DNA of 64,000 bases from Podarcis bocagei (Eukaryota), in assembly GCA_964188305.1 (NCBI GenBank), contig OZ076889.1; one strand, 5' to 3'. The notes under the pieces are model-generated. The model was not told where the DNA came from. It made no database searches and worked only from the letters and a program-made list of their open reading frames with translations. A program made the translations under genes and the position numbers. Below are positions 61,586 through 64,000 of this stretch, piece by piece. How positions within the stretch are numbered: position 1 is the stretch's first letter; each line of letters opens with the position of its first letter.

Positions 61586-64000
61586 CATCATAAAACAGTC
61601 TTCTCATCAAGAAATTCTCAATAAGCTTCTGAGGAACTGAAGGTTCCAAGGACACAGTTTTTAAAAGCCACTGTTCTAGTAATATGAGACAGGCCTTAAT
61701 TTACCCCCTAATGTTTGTCCAAGAACCCTTTTTCAATACCACAGTTTAGCCTTGGAACAAGAAAAGGATGTGCCTTTTGAGTGTCTGCAGAGTAATATCT
61801 CTCCCCTATCCCCAGTCCCACACATCTAGGATTAGGGGAAAGGTTTGTGGGCCAGTGGCGAACAAATAAACTTCAGCTCTGGTACCTCTGATTTCAGAAA
61901 TTAAGTACTACATTGTCCTCGAGTCCAATCATTCCATTATCTCATGGGTGATCCTGTTTAATTCACTCCAGTGAAAGCAAACTTTTGCCATTTCCCTTGT
62001 GAAACTGGTGCACAGTCTACGAGAACTGACCCATAAGAGTCTCTGTGACGCCCAATTTAAACTTTCCTTTGCTTCGTTTAACTTCATCACATCTCATTAT
62101 ACCTCTTGCCTAGTCAATTTGAAGCTTGATCCTTCACTACCCTCACCATATTGCATTGACTTTTTACATCTGTGCAAAGGGAGGCTAAAATGCAGGGTGT
62201 CCTTGCACATGCAGAATATGTCACAGCTCGAGCAGAAACAAACCCTTTTCGTCGCGAAATCACACGTTATGTAATTGGTATAAAATGAGAGTTTATATGG
62301 GGAGAAGAGCCTGGCTTCCTTAAGCCACAGTCCAATACTAACCAGTCCTTCTATAAAAACTTCTACTCCCATCTCCAATGCAGAGTTGTGGTTCTTATCA
62401 TGCGTGGCCCACAGGATGATATAGAAAAGGACCGCCTCTGGCTCTTCTGCCTCCCTGCAGCATGGCAAAAGTATCTTTGTTCAGCTGCATTGCAGGGAGG
62501 CAGTAGGCAAATGTGGGTCTGCAGTAAGGGTGCGAGGGCTGAGCAAAGCATATAGGAACATAGCAACAGGCACTATGATGCCATTAACCATTGAAATCCA
62601 TGACCAGTAGGAGAAATCACAGCAGGTAGCATTCCATGATACTGAATCATTACTAGTAGTCGCCAGATGAGATGGGGGCCCTGTACCTTTCCTATTCTGT
62701 AGGAGAAGGCATTTTGGCAAGTGGAGCTTTTCATGCAGTTCTTTATAACTGACCATTCTAGAAGAGTGTGCCTTTACTTCAAGAATTCAATGTTTCTTGG
62801 TTTCGTTGTATGGCTCCAGCAAATCAGAACCCCAGAATATTCAAATTTGCAAACTGGAAAATTGGTGTTTGGTGGATCAGGATCTTTATTTCAATATTCT
62901 GATGTTCTCATAATTTGGTTTTTCTTACAAGCCTCCAAAATGAATTTGTCTGCATCAAACCCACAAATGTAAATGTGGGTTCAATGGTCACTTGGAAAAT
63001 TGGTCTAGTCTCTTGGAATGATGGAATGTTACTTCTTTTTGCCCATCTATAGCATGACTTTGGCATGTGTGTGGTGCACTTGAGGGAGTACGGTACTTGA
63101 AAGTCCCAGGATATACCTCCTGCCAAAGACATACAGAAGTACTAACAGTCTGCATCATCAACCCCCCTCCATACCCGCATACCATTAGTCTGCTGAAATC
63201 ACATTGACTTCTATTGGATTTTAGCAGTGTAGCTGTAGGATGTGCAGCCTGTTATTTTAATAATAGTGGGAGGTAAATAATGTCTTTGCTCTGTGAAGGG
63301 CACAGGAGAATTACTCCTATGGAAAGATTCGGAAAGGTGCATGAGTGCAATGCCCCTTCCATATATGCAAGGGAAGAATAGTGGATACTGTCTAATAACT
63401 CCAGCTCCTGGGGTCCCACAATTGGGTGAGAAAAAGCAGCAATAGTTCCAAACCTGTTGGTTGTGAAGTAAGATGTGGTTTCTGCGCTATCCATCATTTT
63501 GCCCCTACTAGATGTATCCAGCTATGTGTTTTCTCTCTCGTCTTAGAAAACCAGTGATCTAGTGCATTTTCCATCCCAAACTGGCTCTGAAACATTCATT
63601 TATTCCCGCCACTTGGCAGTTGGCATCACATTTCATATGACTATTACTTTTCATAAGCAGAATTGGACAAAAATATTTCCCTGCATATATGGCATCCTAT
63701 CGTACCAGCATATCACGGCAAACTAAATGCTGACCATTCACTATTCCTGAAACACATAATCTCACTGCTGTCAGTCAGTATGATCCACAACTTCTCATCA
63801 CTTCAGCCAAGAGACCAGTGTGCATGAGAATTTTGAAAGTGTATGGCATTCCCCTGATTTTAGAAAAGGGATGTTCCTGAATATGCGGACATTAATGGGT
63901 ATATTGGGGCTGATGGATCAGAAACAATGGGCACAATCCAAGTACTTTTAAGTCCCATTGACTTCAATAGATAAATTTAAAAATGCAGTATGCTTACCAT

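Overview
Vertebrate genomic DNA, most likely a lacertid lizard (inferred from the Bov-B, tRNA-SINE, CR1/L2 and MITE content). The + strand carries the last five coding exons of KCND3 (Kv4.3), including the 57-nt long-isoform exon, plus 3' UTR. The first ~34.6 kb appears to be intron. The standout is a very young ~6.47-kb insertion at 25456-31923, sitting in a (TA)n tract inside an old CR1 fragment. It is a head-to-head inverted pair of intact Penelope-like (Poseidon-type) retroelements, each encoding a 991-aa RT + GIY-YIG protein, with ~3.1-kb near-identical arms. Each copy carries two minimal hammerhead ribozyme motifs exactly 2965 nt apart. The ORF (2976 nt) starts inside one hammerhead core and stops in the loop of the next, so it is longer than the repeat unit, and cleavage would remove the start codon. 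Both copies exceed one unit length with different end points. Together this suggests a circular-RNA intermediate and ribozyme-gated translation (inference). A second, unrelated PLE remnant with a minimal hammerhead lies downstream of the KCND3 stop.
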